A stretch of 58,152 nt of DNA from Chthonomonas sp. UBA2391. GTDB lineage: Bacteria; Armatimonadota; Fimbriimonadia; Fimbriimonadales; Fimbriimonadaceae. How positions within the stretch are numbered: the first letter of the stretch is position 1; the number at the start of each line of letters is the position of its first letter. A program made the translations under genes and the position numbers. This document shows, in pieces, positions 9,332 to 18,135 of this stretch. The DNA lies in the NCBI GenBank assembly GCA_002343825.1, contig DDSL01000134.1:1-58152 (forward strand), written 5' to 3'. The notes under the pieces were generated by a model. The model saw only the letters and a program-made list of their open reading frames with translations, did no database searches and had not been told where the DNA came from.

Positions 9332-9661
9332 CTAGCTACGGCCCCAGTCGACGCCGCTAGTGCTCCCGCCTGGTGAGGGTGGTGGTTCGAGGGTTACCGG
9401 AACCTGGAGCTGATCCCGAGAAAGTGGATTGGAGGGCAAGATCTCTTCGAACCGCTCCTTGCTGATCAGGCCCTGGGCAAAGAGGACTTCACCCAACAGC
9501 GCAAAACGAGTCGTGCGAGCGTGGCGTAGCCACTGACGACCCGAGAGTCGGCCTTCTTCTAGCAGAGTCAGGAGTTCGGGAAGACCACAGGGTCCAATCA
9601 GTTCTCCGGCTTCGTCAATGAGCCACTCGGCCCGGCTATCGCGCAAGAGAAACTCGCTCAT
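9332..9661 (-). CDS. hypothetical protein, possible GYF_2-like domain
   Basis: ORF 109 aa. EWLIDEAGELIGPCGLPELLTLLEEGRLSGRQWL resembles the GYF_2 (DUF4339) pattern. The assignment is weak. Confidence 0.4.
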   Translation of the reverse strand: MSEFLLRDSRAEWLIDEAGELIGPCGLPELLTLLEEGRLSGRQWLRHARTTRFALLGEVLFAQGLISKERFEEILPSNPLSRDQLQVPVTLEPPPSPGGSTSGVDWGRS

Positions 9662-9736
9662 CTTCTTTCAAGATACGCCAACTCGACCCGGCACCCGGAC
9701 CAAGGTCCCATCTCGGCCAGCGGTAAACTTCACGGC

Positions 9737-10342
9737 ATGAGCAAGGGAGTCCCCGAGGTGCGCTACGCCGAGGTCGAACGCGAGACCAAAGAAACCCGAG
9801 TCCGCGTGGTCCTCGACTTCGATGGAGGGACCCGGCGAGATATCAGCACCGGGATCGGATTCCTTGACCACATGCTCACCCTCTTGGCCTTCCATGGCCA
9901 CCTCGACCTTGGGGTTCAGGCCGACGGAGATCTGCACATCGACGACCACCACACGGTGGAAGATGTCGGCATCGTCTTCGGTCAGGCCATCCGCCAGGCT
10001 CTTGCCGAGAGCGACCCGATCGAGCGGTATGGCCATGCCCACGTTCCGATGGATGAAGCCTTGGCCCTGGTCGCTCTCGATATCTCTGGACGCGGCCACT
10101 GCATTTTCTCCGCCAACTTCACCACCGATTCACTGGGCACGCTCAGCACCCAAAACGTCCACGAGTTCTTCCGAGCCCTCTGCCTTCATGCCGGGATCAA
10201 CGCCCACATCCGGATCGAAGCCGGCGAGAACGACCATCACAAGGCCGAGGCAATCTTCAAGGCCTTTGGCCAGGCGATCCGCCAAGCCGTCCGCCGAGTC
10301 GATGGCCGGTCGGGAACAAGCACCAAAGGCAGGATCGATTGA
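9737..10342 (+). CDS. hisB: imidazoleglycerol-phosphate dehydratase
   Basis: RETKETRVRVVLDFDG, GIGFLDHMLTLLAFHG and DDHHTVEDVGIVFGQA are hallmark IGPD motifs. Confidence 0.92.
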   Translation: MSKGVPEVRYAEVERETKETRVRVVLDFDGGTRRDISTGIGFLDHMLTLLAFHGHLDLGVQADGDLHIDDHHTVEDVGIVFGQAIRQALAESDPIERYGHAHVPMDEALALVALDISGRGHCIFSANFTTDSLGTLSTQNVHEFFRALCLHAGINAHIRIEAGENDHHKAEAIFKAFGQAIRQAVRRVDGRSGTSTKGRID

Positions 10343-10929
10343 CCGTCATTCTCGACTACGGTATGGGCAATCTCCGGTCCGTCGAGCGTGCATTAAGGGC
10401 TCTTGGTGCCGATCCCGCGATCCAAACCGATCTGCGCGGCGCGACCCGGCTGATTATCCCGGGGGTGGGCGCTTTCGGCGCAGCGATGGAGCGGATTGGG
10501 CCCCTTGCCCCTGCTATCCGCGAGTTCGCGGCCGCGGGTCACCCCGTTTTGGGCATCTGCCTGGGGATGCAGCTACTCTTTGAACAAAGCGAGGAATTAG
10601 GAGAATTTGCTGGCCTTGGGTTGGTGCCTGGTCAAGTACGCTATCTGGTGAAGACGGAGGGCATCAAGATCCCGCACATGGGTTGGAATCAGCTAGAAAT
10701 TCGGCAATCCGAGGGATTGCATAGCGGGATTTCGACCAGTGAGCAGGTTTATTTCGTCCATTCTTTGTATTGCGATCCGGTCGATTCGGCCGTGATCGCC
10801 TCCACCAGCGACCATGGGATCACCTTTCCCGCGACGATCCAAAAAGGCAAGATTTGGGGGACCCAGTTTCACCCCGAAAAAAGCGGCGCTCCGGGACTCC
10901 GGATGCTCCAAAACTTTCTCTCATGTTGA
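10339..10929 (+). CDS. hisH: imidazole glycerol phosphate synthase, glutamine amidotransferase subunit
   Basis: MTVILDYGMGNLRSV, GICLGMQLLF (catalytic Cys) and QFHPEKS. The TTG start overlaps the hisB stop. Confidence 0.92.
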   Translation: MTVILDYGMGNLRSVERALRALGADPAIQTDLRGATRLIIPGVGAFGAAMERIGPLAPAIREFAAAGHPVLGICLGMQLLFEQSEELGEFAGLGLVPGQVRYLVKTEGIKIPHMGWNQLEIRQSEGLHSGISTSEQVYFVHSLYCDPVDSAVIASTSDHGITFPATIQKGKIWGTQFHPEKSGAPGLRMLQNFLSC

Positions 10930-11648
10930 TTCTTCCCGCAATTGACCTGCGCGACGGCAAATGTGTTCGCCTTTATCAAGGCGACTTTGACCAGCAAACG
11001 ACCTACGACGTTCATCCCGTCGAGATGGCGAAGCGATTTGAGGCCGAAGGCGCCGAGTGGCTCCACCTAGTCGATCTGGACGGGGCCAAGTCGGGGGAAC
11101 CTCGGCACCTGGACCTGCTCCACGAGATCGTGACCCAAACCCAACTCAAAGTGGAATTCGGCGGCGGAATCCGGACCTGCGAGAGCGCCCGCGCTGCGCT
11201 CGAACTCGGAGCCAAGCGGGTCGTGGTCGGAACAAAGCTCGTGCAAGACCAAGCCCTCGCGAGCGACCTCTTTGGGCGCATGGGCAACAAGATCGTGGCC
11301 GGGATCGACACTCGTGCCGGTCAGGTGACCATCCACGGTTGGACCGAAGACTCGGGTTGCACGGCGGTGCAGTTCGCCCGGATGATGGAATCGATGGGCT
11401 GCAAACGGATCATCTTTACCGACGTCCAGACCGATGGAGCCCTGAGCGGCCCCAACCTCGAGGCCCTTAAGGCCCTCAAGGAGTCGGTCGAAATTCCCGT
11501 GATCGCGAGCGGTGGGGTGGCAACTCTGGAGGACCTTGACCGACTGGCCGAGATCGGGATGGAAGGAACCATCGTGGGTAAGGCGTTCTATGAGAAGCGG
11601 TTCACGGTCCGCGAAGCGATCGAACGAGTGAAGATCCCCGTCGGTTGA
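10923..11648 (+). CDS. hisA: ProFAR isomerase (1-(5-phosphoribosyl)-5-[(5-phosphoribosylamino)methylideneamino]imidazole-4-carboxamide isomerase)
   Basis: ORF 10770..11648; the true start is MLILPAIDLRDGKCVRLYQGDF at 10923, overlapping the hisH end by 7 nt. The (beta/alpha)8 HisA motifs VVGTK and IASGGV are present. No hisF follows. Confidence 0.9.
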   Translation: MLILPAIDLRDGKCVRLYQGDFDQQTTYDVHPVEMAKRFEAEGAEWLHLVDLDGAKSGEPRHLDLLHEIVTQTQLKVEFGGGIRTCESARAALELGAKRVVVGTKLVQDQALASDLFGRMGNKIVAGIDTRAGQVTIHGWTEDSGCTAVQFARMMESMGCKRIIFTDVQTDGALSGPNLEALKALKESVEIPVIASGGVATLEDLDRLAEIGMEGTIVGKAFYEKRFTVREAIERVKIPVG

Positions 11649-11735
11649 AATGGACCTACTTGGGTCCAAAGTCACCTCAACACAACAATTCAGAAAATTT
11701 AGAGCTACAATCAAAGAAGTTTAAGGAAGCTTTCG

Positions 11736-12014
11736 ATGGATCTCGAAATTCTAATACCGCTTACCGCAATCGTTATGATCTTTGGAATGCCCATCGCCGG
11801 GATCTTGACGAGCCACCAGCGCAAAATGGCCGAGATCATGCGGCAAAACCAGCCCAACCAGACCGACCCGTATCTGGCCAACCAGATCCTCGCGCTGCGG
11901 CAAGAGGTCAAGGAACTCAAAGAGATCGTCCATCAGCAGGTCCTCACGTTAGAAGGTCGGACGATGACGCCCCCGATGCCCATCAGCACCGAGGACGTCA
12001 TTCAGCGACTTTAG
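11736..12014 (+). CDS. small single-pass membrane protein with coiled-coil tail, hypothetical
   Basis: ORF 92 aa. It has an N-terminal TM helix (ILIPLTAIVMIFGMPIAGIL) followed by a heptad-like segment (LALRQEVKELKEIVHQQVL). The architecture recalls PspB, but I cannot assert homology. Confidence 0.45.
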   Translation: MDLEILIPLTAIVMIFGMPIAGILTSHQRKMAEIMRQNQPNQTDPYLANQILALRQEVKELKEIVHQQVLTLEGRTMTPPMPISTEDVIQRL

Positions 12015-13276
12015 AGCAGCAGTTCGGCCAACAACCTAGCCAGAGAATCTTGGGCTCCCTCGCCTAGGTGTACTAGGTCGGCGTGGTGCCATCCATGGGT
12101 GGTGGTCGCCGCCAGATACGAGTTGTCGATCGCGGTGCGGTAGTAGGGCGAGCCCACCATCCCCGTCTGCAGGTCCACCACGCAGGTGTCGGGTCGGGTC
12201 GCCGCCACCGAATAGACCGCCCGAATGTAGTCTTCAGGCCGATTGGCGGTCCGAGTGAAGAGCGCGCCGCCTCCATCAGCCCGGATCGGAAAGATCACGA
12301 ACATCACCGACGGCTTGGTCGGTTGACTCAGGATATGGTCCGCTAGTGCGGCCAAGTTCGCCTGATAGGCGGCGGAGGTCACGTTTGGCGAAGCCCCCGT
12401 CCCCATGTCGTTGGCTCCAAGCGCAATGATGTAGAGCTTGGCCCGGGTGGCGCCGGACAAATTGGTACACCATCGGCCCACATTGGTCAGGAGCTTGTTG
12501 GATTGCGGAGCGATCCAAGTGGTGACCGCCGAAGGCACGGCCAAGTTGTGAAACCTTACTCCACGGTCGTAGTCGTCGCAATAGGCAATAGCTCCTTCCA
12601 GATAGAGCCCCAGCCCGCCAGAAGTAGGTCCGCTGGCGATCTGGAGAAAGTTCGGCCCGTTCTTGTTAAGACCCGTGAGCAGCTGTCGGTGACCGTTGGA
12701 TTGGGCCACCGCACTGGTATCGATCAGCTGACTCGCCAGCACATTCCCATTCCCTCCGGCTGGGTCCGTGGTCCCGAGGTCATAAAGGGCATCAGAGTTT
12801 GCATTGGGCGCCTTGGTGAAGACGATCTCCACGTGGGTCGCCTGATTCTTCTGCCGAGGTATCGGCGAGGTGCCATCAAAGGCGAGGGTCACGCGGTTTG
12901 CCTTTCCCGACGAGACGGGCAACGAAACCCAGGCTCCACCCGATCCGTCGTTGCTGCTTCCATCGCTAACCGTCCCGGCCGAGGTCATGAAGGGAGGCCG
13001 CCGGTCGGCACCCGATCCTATCCGGACGAATCCGTAGCCGCCGGTCACTCCCGCCGGGTTCAAGGCCGACTGGACCAGGACCTTGAGGCGATGGAACCAA
13101 CCATCGTAGAACGGCGACACCGACTTAAATCCAAAGCCGATGGAATCGCCCAAGAGGACAACGTCGATTCCGCCAAAGCCGGTCCCGGCCGTAACGGCTG
13201 AGGCAAGCCCCCGGGCCAATCTCCAATTGCGAAGACCTCGGTCGATGTTCTGGAGACCCGCCGGTCCACTGGGCAT
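12011..13276 (-). CDS. SGNH/GDSL-family hydrolase with large internal insertion
   Basis: ORF 12011..13486; the likely start is MPSGPAGLQ at 13276, because the upstream part of the ORF is Arg-rich junk that overlaps the preceding gene. Block I is VVLLGDSIGFG and block III is IIALGANDMG; the C-terminal HADLVHLG region may hold the catalytic His. About 190 aa lie between blocks I and III. No signal peptide. Confidence 0.65.
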   Translation of the reverse strand: MPSGPAGLQNIDRGLRNWRLARGLASAVTAGTGFGGIDVVLLGDSIGFGFKSVSPFYDGWFHRLKVLVQSALNPAGVTGGYGFVRIGSGADRRPPFMTSAGTVSDGSSNDGSGGAWVSLPVSSGKANRVTLAFDGTSPIPRQKNQATHVEIVFTKAPNANSDALYDLGTTDPAGGNGNVLASQLIDTSAVAQSNGHRQLLTGLNKNGPNFLQIASGPTSGGLGLYLEGAIAYCDDYDRGVRFHNLAVPSAVTTWIAPQSNKLLTNVGRWCTNLSGATRAKLYIIALGANDMGTGASPNVTSAAYQANLAALADHILSQPTKPSVMFVIFPIRADGGGALFTRTANRPEDYIRAVYSVAATRPDTCVVDLQTGMVGSPYYRTAIDNSYLAATTTHGWHHADLVHLGEGAQDSLARLLAELLL

Positions 13277-13302
13277 CGCGACTTCAAGTCCACCGGCCCA
13301 GC

Positions 13303-13632
13303 TCAACTCAGCACCTCCCGGGCAACGTAACCCGAAGTCGTAGGGCCGCCCGAGCTGTTTTGCAGATAGAGCGCGATTTCGGGACCATAGGCCAGCAACA
13401 AGGTTGCTCCGGGCCGAACAATGAAGTCGCGATCGGTGGCGCTGATCGTGGGCGCGGGAGCCCCTTCGGCTACGGCGCGAACCCAAAGATCGAGCCCCAG
13501 ATCGGGGTTGTGAATCTCAATGCCGGTTCGCTGTCGCTCAGTGGGACCGGACAAAATCGCGGTCGAGGCATCTCCGCTGACGCTCCCCGCCTCGCGGAGC
13601 CCAAAGCCTCGGATGATTGTGGTCAAGTTCAA
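13303..13632 (-). CDS. hypothetical protein (109 aa), partner of the SGNH hydrolase
   Basis: ORF 13303..13692. A strong SD (AAGGAGG, plus-strand 13641-13647) sits 8 nt before a TTG at 13632 (..NLTTIIRGFGLREAG..). No family recognised. It ends 26 nt before the SGNH start. Confidence 0.45.
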   Translation of the reverse strand: MNLTTIIRGFGLREAGSVSGDASTAILSGPTERQRTGIEIHNPDLGLDLWVRAVAEGAPAPTISATDRDFIVRPGATLLLAYGPEIALYLQNSSGGPTTSGYVAREVLS

Positions 13633-13748
13633 GGTGTTCACCTCCTTTTTGGAAAACCCACCTCTCCTGGTGTCCAGGCGCCCCCACGTCAACTGCCAGA
13701 AGACACCCTGTTAGGAATACTTGATTTGTCTGGAAATGCCCAGATGCC

Positions 13749-13777
13749 TTGGCAATTAGGCCAGGATGTGATAGATT
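13749..13777 (+). promoter_or_regulatory. sigma70-like promoter (TTGGCA-17 bp-TGaTAGATT)
   Basis: Read directly: TTGGCA at 13749-13754, a 17-nt spacer, TAGATT at 13772-13777 with an extended -10 TG at 13769-13770. It reads toward the 13876 gene. Confidence 0.45.
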
Positions 13778-13787
13778 AAGGAAGTAG

Positions 13788-13807
13788 TTGCTGAATCGGT
13801 TCAGCAA
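13788..13807. promoter_or_regulatory. LacI-family operator candidate, site 1 (TTGCTGAATCGGTTCAGCAA)
   Basis: 20-bp sequence, 18/20 self-complementary around a central CG. It shares a 17-nt identical core with the site at 20757-20773. It lies a few nt downstream of the predicted transcription start. Confidence 0.55.
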
Positions 13808-13875
13808 GCAAATGTTGATCTTGTCGGCAAAAAGACAAGATCGCTTGACGAACCGGTGGCGGCGAGGTAACGAAC

Positions 13876-15057
13876 ATGAAAAACCTTCGGTCAATGTCGA
13901 CGATGATGGTCATGGGGGCGATGGTGGCTGCCCACGCTGACGTCACGCAGATCAACGCAGCCCGAGTCTTCGAGCGCGTCTTTAACGATGTCCCAACTTC
14001 GAACTTTGTTCAGATCGTGGACTTTCCCAACTCGGTCTTCATGGCCGACAACAACGTGGGTGGAGAGACAGGTTGGGCCAACCGCCACATCTGGCGACTC
14101 GCCGTGAATGACGGTGTCAATACCAATGCCTATGAGCTTTCTGGAGGCGAAGACACCTTTGAATTCAAGGTCAAGATGAAGCTCGAAGATGGCAACGGGA
14201 CCAGCCCTCGCCGGAGTGAAGCGGGTCTCTTCTTCAACTTCCCGATCGACGGTGGCTGGATCTCGGAAGTCCAATACATCATCACCCCCGATGGTGAAGT
14301 CGCAGCCTTCGGAACTCCGATTCCCTTCTATAGCTTCACCGCCCAACAAGGAGTGAGCTACCAACTCGGATCGACCGTCACCATGGGTGCCCGGTACTTC
14401 AAGGACACCGACAACCAATACAAGTGGGTGTGGATCTACAACGATCTGGAAAGCTTCCCGCTAACACTCGAAAACGTGGTCCCGCTCTATGACTTCGGCA
14501 CCAACGGACTCAAGGCTGGTTCTCGACTTGGGGCCTACCTGCAGATCGTTCGACCGAATCCGGGCGCGAGCATGACCGCGACCGACATCGAAATCAACCC
14601 CTATCCGGCCGTGAAGGGTACCGCTCTGTTGGGTGACCTCCCCGGTTTGGCCGGCGAGCAGGTGACCGTGGAAGTCCGCAATCCGGGCTCGACGACCGCG
14701 CTGCAGACGACGACCGCAACGCTCAAGGCAAATGGCAGCTATGCCTTTAAGCCGACCGTCGCCCCTGGCGTTTACGATATCGCCCTCAAGGGAACGACTC
14801 ACCTCCGAAAGGTGGTCGCGAACGTCAACATCGCAGCGTCGGGCGCCTCCGGGGTGAACATCTCAGCGCGAAACGGAGACGTGGACGGTGACAACACAGT
14901 CACGATCTTCGACTACATCGACCTGAGCAACTCGTTCGATTTGGCTGAAGGCGATTCGGGATACAACGCCGACGCGGATCTGGATCGAGACGGTTCGATC
15001 ACGATCTTCGACTACATCATCTTGTCGAATAACTTCGACGAGTCCGGCGACAACTAA
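13876..15057 (+). CDS. secreted protein with jelly-roll-like N-domain and C-terminal dockerin-like module
   Basis: Signal peptide MKNLRSMSTMMVMGAMVAAHADV. The C-terminal 61 aa are NGDVDGDNTVTIFDY...DLDRDGSITIFDYIILSNNFDESGDN, i.e. two EF-hand-like DxDxDG loops as in dockerin repeats. SD GAGG lies 9 nt upstream of the ATG. Confidence 0.7.
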   Translation: MKNLRSMSTMMVMGAMVAAHADVTQINAARVFERVFNDVPTSNFVQIVDFPNSVFMADNNVGGETGWANRHIWRLAVNDGVNTNAYELSGGEDTFEFKVKMKLEDGNGTSPRRSEAGLFFNFPIDGGWISEVQYIITPDGEVAAFGTPIPFYSFTAQQGVSYQLGSTVTMGARYFKDTDNQYKWVWIYNDLESFPLTLENVVPLYDFGTNGLKAGSRLGAYLQIVRPNPGASMTATDIEINPYPAVKGTALLGDLPGLAGEQVTVEVRNPGSTTALQTTTATLKANGSYAFKPTVAPGVYDIALKGTTHLRKVVANVNIAASGASGVNISARNGDVDGDNTVTIFDYIDLSNSFDLAEGDSGYNADADLDRDGSITIFDYIILSNNFDESGDN

Positions 15058-15064
15058 TCGCCGC

Positions 15065-15098
15065 GTCTCCACCTCGGGATCCTTCCTGGGGTGGAGAC
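15065..15098 (+). terminator. hairpin after the dockerin-module gene (weak terminator or attenuator candidate)
   Basis: GTCTCCACC (15065-15073) pairs with GGTGGAGAC (15090-15098), a 9-bp stem. The downstream tract is only moderately T-rich (CCCTTCCGTCTTC). Confidence 0.3.
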
Positions 15099-15176
15099 CC
15101 TTCCGTCTTCATTGCCTGACTCCCTTCGCACGTCCGCTTCCGAGGCCGGGGGCGGACAGCTTGATCGTGCCCGCTC

Positions 15177-18128
15177 ATGCTCTCCTGGATTCTCGCTACC
15201 AACCTTCTCGTGAACAAAGACCCGATCACTTTTCCCGCCCAAGGGAGCTGGAAATCTCTGACAAGCCAGGGGGTCGACCTCAAGATCGGTGGGGCCGGGC
15301 CCGATCTGCGGCTGGATTACGATTTCAACAATAGAAACGGCTACGTGTTGGCCGAGCATCCACTCGCTGTTGACCTCCCCGAGAACTTCGTCTTTGAATT
15401 CGACTTGCGAGCCGAGAGCCCGGCCAATGACTTTGAGTTCAAGCTCAACGATCCATCGGGGGACATCGTCTGGTGGGTCAAAAAGATTGGCTACCGTTGG
15501 CCGACCGAGTGGAACCGGATTCGACTCCAGAAGCGCGACTTCGTCTTTGCCTGGGGTCCCGACTCTGGACCGCTGAAACGTATCAGCAGCTTCCAGTTCG
15601 GGGTTGCGGCCCGAGAAGGAGGCAGAGGTCGAGTCGAAATCCGAAATCTCACCTTTCGACCCTTGCCCGCCCCGGCACCCTTCTCCGATCAAATTCGGCT
15701 GACCGAGACCCGGCCCGGTCGCACTTGGTCGGCTGAACTTGAAGGCACCCAAGAGATTGGCGCGATCCGGGTCCATCTGGATCGACCCATCGAGAACGGC
15801 AAGCTCACGCTCCTGGCCGACGGAGAGCTCGTCCGCGAGATCCAAAATCCGGATGCCACCCTCGTGCTGCCAACACCCGGCCTAACGGCCAAACAACTCG
15901 TCGCCGAATCGACATCAGGGCGGGTTCAAGAGATTAAGATCCTGCCTTATGGCGCAGCCTCGGACCCCAACCGATGGCTGGAGATCCTCGCCAAAGACAG
16001 CCCTACCGGTGCTTGGCCGAGCCACCTGACCGGCGAACAAATCTTCTTCACGGTGGTCGGGACCGACCCCAGCGAGAACGAGATCCTCTTCAACGAGGCC
16101 GGCGAGGTCGAGTTGGGCAAGGGGCGCCCGATGCTCGCTCCACTCCTCCGGGTGAACGGAAGGTGGAGCCCCCGGAACCTTGAAAGCTCGAAATCCGAGC
16201 TGTTGAACGGATACCTTCCCCTCCCCAAGACGACTCACACCCACGGACCGACAACCCTCACAGTGGAGCCCCTCGCCCTGGAGGGCTCGCCAGATCGGTT
16301 TGCGGTGCGCTACACCGTCTCCAATACCTCCTCGGAGCAGGCCGACATCGACTTCGCTATCGCCCTTCGGCCGGTTCAGGTGAACCCCGCCTGGCAGGGT
16401 CTCAACATGGTCGGGGGATTCGCTCCGATCGAACATCTCCGGTGCAACGGAAGCGGCTGGATCTTGGAACACCAAGATCAGGTCCATCTAAGCCCTCGTC
16501 CGCAGCGTATTGGCGCTTGCTCGTTCCTCTCCGGCGAGGCTGGGGTGGCGTGGACTCAGGGCCGCTTCGGTCGCACTCAGGAAGTCTCCGACCCCGATTC
16601 GGCGGCGAGTGGGATCGCCGACCATCGGTTCCGCTTGAAACCTGGGGAAGCCCGCGTCTTCGTCGCCAGTTGGGGTGGGGACCCGGTCTCGGCCGAGCAG
16701 TTTGCGCAAGAGCACAAAAAGGCCGTCGACGCCTGGACCGAGCGACTTAGCTCGATCCAGCTCGATCTCCCACCCGTGGCCCGCAAGTATGCGGAAGTGC
16801 TGAAGTCCAACGTCGCCTACGTCTTGATCAATCGAGATGGGCCGCGGATCCAACCCGGATCCCGCAGCTACGAGCGAACCTGGATTCGCGACGGAAGCAT
16901 GACCGCGTCGTCGCTGGCTGCCTGGGGGGTCCTCGACCCTGCCATTGAGCTGTTGGACTTTTATGCTCCCTTTGTCCGCGAAGATGGATACGTGCCCTGC
17001 GTCGTCGATCGGCGCGGAGCCGACCCCGTTCCTGAGCACGACAGTCATGGGCAATTTCTCTACCTGCTCGGAGAAACCTTCCGGCACAATGGGGACAGAA
17101 AGCTGCTCGAACGCCACTATCCGACCGCCAAACGGGTGGCCGACTTCATCATCCAACTCACTGGGGAGACGGAAGTTCACCGTCCAAAGCTGGGACTCGA
17201 AAGTGGATTCGCGGGTCTCGCTCCGGCCAGCATCAGCCACGAAGGTTATTCGGCCAAGCCGATGCATAGCTTTTGGGATGACTTCTTCTTGCTCCGAGGG
17301 TTGCGCGAGGCCGTCCTGATCGCGGGAGAGCTGGGCCACGCAGAAGATCAAGCCCGATGGCAGCGCAAGCTCGACGAGCTGCGGCGTGATGTCCGCCGGT
17401 CGATTGAGATCTCAATGCTCTATCACGGGATCGACTACATTCCAGGTTGTGTGGAGCTCGGAGACTTCGACGCCACCTCCACAGCGGTCGCACTCTCGCC
17501 CTGCATCGAATCCAAGTCCGTTCCCCAAGACCTGCTCGAAAACACATTCGAGCGGTACTGGCAATTCTTCACCGATCGGCGAGATGGCCGGCTACCCTAT
17601 CGGGACTACACGCCCTACGAGATCCGGGTGGTCAATGCAATGCTCCGGCTCGGCGAGATCGATCGAGCCCACGCGCTGATGGAGTGGTTCCTTCGCGATT
17701 CGCTCCCGAGCGGCTGGAATCACTGGGCCGAAATCGTCCATTTCGATCGAGGTCGAGGCCTCTGGATCGGGGACATGCCGCACACTTGGGTCGGGAGCGA
17801 ATGGATCAAGGCGATCCGTCAACTCTTCGTCTATGAGGACCCCGAAACAGAGTCCCTTCAGGTGCTCAGGGGCATCCCGAGCCAATGGCTCCTCTCGGGC
17901 AACGGCGTGGGCGCAAAAAAGCTCACGACGTGGTTCGGTGAACTCTCCGTCAGGGCCCGACAGGAGGGCAACACCGTCCTGATCGACCTAGAAGGCACGG
18001 CGAGTCCGAAAGGCGGGTTCCAAGTATTCTTCCCAGGTCGGTCGATTGAGACCAACCAATCGAGCGTCCGCGTCGAACGACTTCCGGCAAGCCTCCGCAT
18101 CGAGCTCTGGCCGGGCACCTCCCAATAG
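15177..18128 (+). CDS. large glycoside-hydrolase-like protein (N-terminal CBM/discoidin-like region plus (alpha/alpha)6-barrel-like region)
   Basis: ORF 983 aa with no obvious signal peptide. The central/C-terminal region (YERTWIRDGSMTASSLAAWG..., HDSHGQFLYLLGETF) resembles six-hairpin glycosidases of GH15/GH63-like clans. The family is not resolved. It ends 7 nt before the GH94 gene. Confidence 0.5.
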   Translation: MLSWILATNLLVNKDPITFPAQGSWKSLTSQGVDLKIGGAGPDLRLDYDFNNRNGYVLAEHPLAVDLPENFVFEFDLRAESPANDFEFKLNDPSGDIVWWVKKIGYRWPTEWNRIRLQKRDFVFAWGPDSGPLKRISSFQFGVAAREGGRGRVEIRNLTFRPLPAPAPFSDQIRLTETRPGRTWSAELEGTQEIGAIRVHLDRPIENGKLTLLADGELVREIQNPDATLVLPTPGLTAKQLVAESTSGRVQEIKILPYGAASDPNRWLEILAKDSPTGAWPSHLTGEQIFFTVVGTDPSENEILFNEAGEVELGKGRPMLAPLLRVNGRWSPRNLESSKSELLNGYLPLPKTTHTHGPTTLTVEPLALEGSPDRFAVRYTVSNTSSEQADIDFAIALRPVQVNPAWQGLNMVGGFAPIEHLRCNGSGWILEHQDQVHLSPRPQRIGACSFLSGEAGVAWTQGRFGRTQEVSDPDSAASGIADHRFRLKPGEARVFVASWGGDPVSAEQFAQEHKKAVDAWTERLSSIQLDLPPVARKYAEVLKSNVAYVLINRDGPRIQPGSRSYERTWIRDGSMTASSLAAWGVLDPAIELLDFYAPFVREDGYVPCVVDRRGADPVPEHDSHGQFLYLLGETFRHNGDRKLLERHYPTAKRVADFIIQLTGETEVHRPKLGLESGFAGLAPASISHEGYSAKPMHSFWDDFFLLRGLREAVLIAGELGHAEDQARWQRKLDELRRDVRRSIEISMLYHGIDYIPGCVELGDFDATSTAVALSPCIESKSVPQDLLENTFERYWQFFTDRRDGRLPYRDYTPYEIRVVNAMLRLGEIDRAHALMEWFLRDSLPSGWNHWAEIVHFDRGRGLWIGDMPHTWVGSEWIKAIRQLFVYEDPETESLQVLRGIPSQWLLSGNGVGAKKLTTWFGELSVRARQEGNTVLIDLEGTASPKGGFQVFFPGRSIETNQSSVRVERLPASLRIELWPGTSQ
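15571..15586. promoter_or_regulatory. LacI-family operator-like palindrome, site 4 (GCTGAAACGTATCAGC), intragenic
   Basis: 14/16 self-complementary, with the same half-site (GCTGAA) as sites 1-3. It lies about 395 nt inside the 983-aa CDS and could be an auxiliary operator or a chance match. Confidence 0.3.
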
Positions 18129-18135
18129 ATTTCCA

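Noticed and set aside
11651-11669. A terminator after hisA (TGGACC-tacttg-GGTCCA)
   Set aside because: The stem is only 6 bp and no T-tract follows (AAAGTCACC). It is too weak to call.
18046-18135. N-terminal extensions suggested by the ORF track for many genes (e.g. 18046, 10770, 35919, 28299, 50708, 49945, 44306, 40546, 13486, 30773, 52628)
   Set aside because: The extensions overlap the preceding gene or a terminator, translate to Arg/Pro-rich junk, and precede an internal Met that begins the canonical family N-terminus (HTH, Tat signal, signal peptide). I chose the internal starts, so start coordinates remain uncertain by a few codons.
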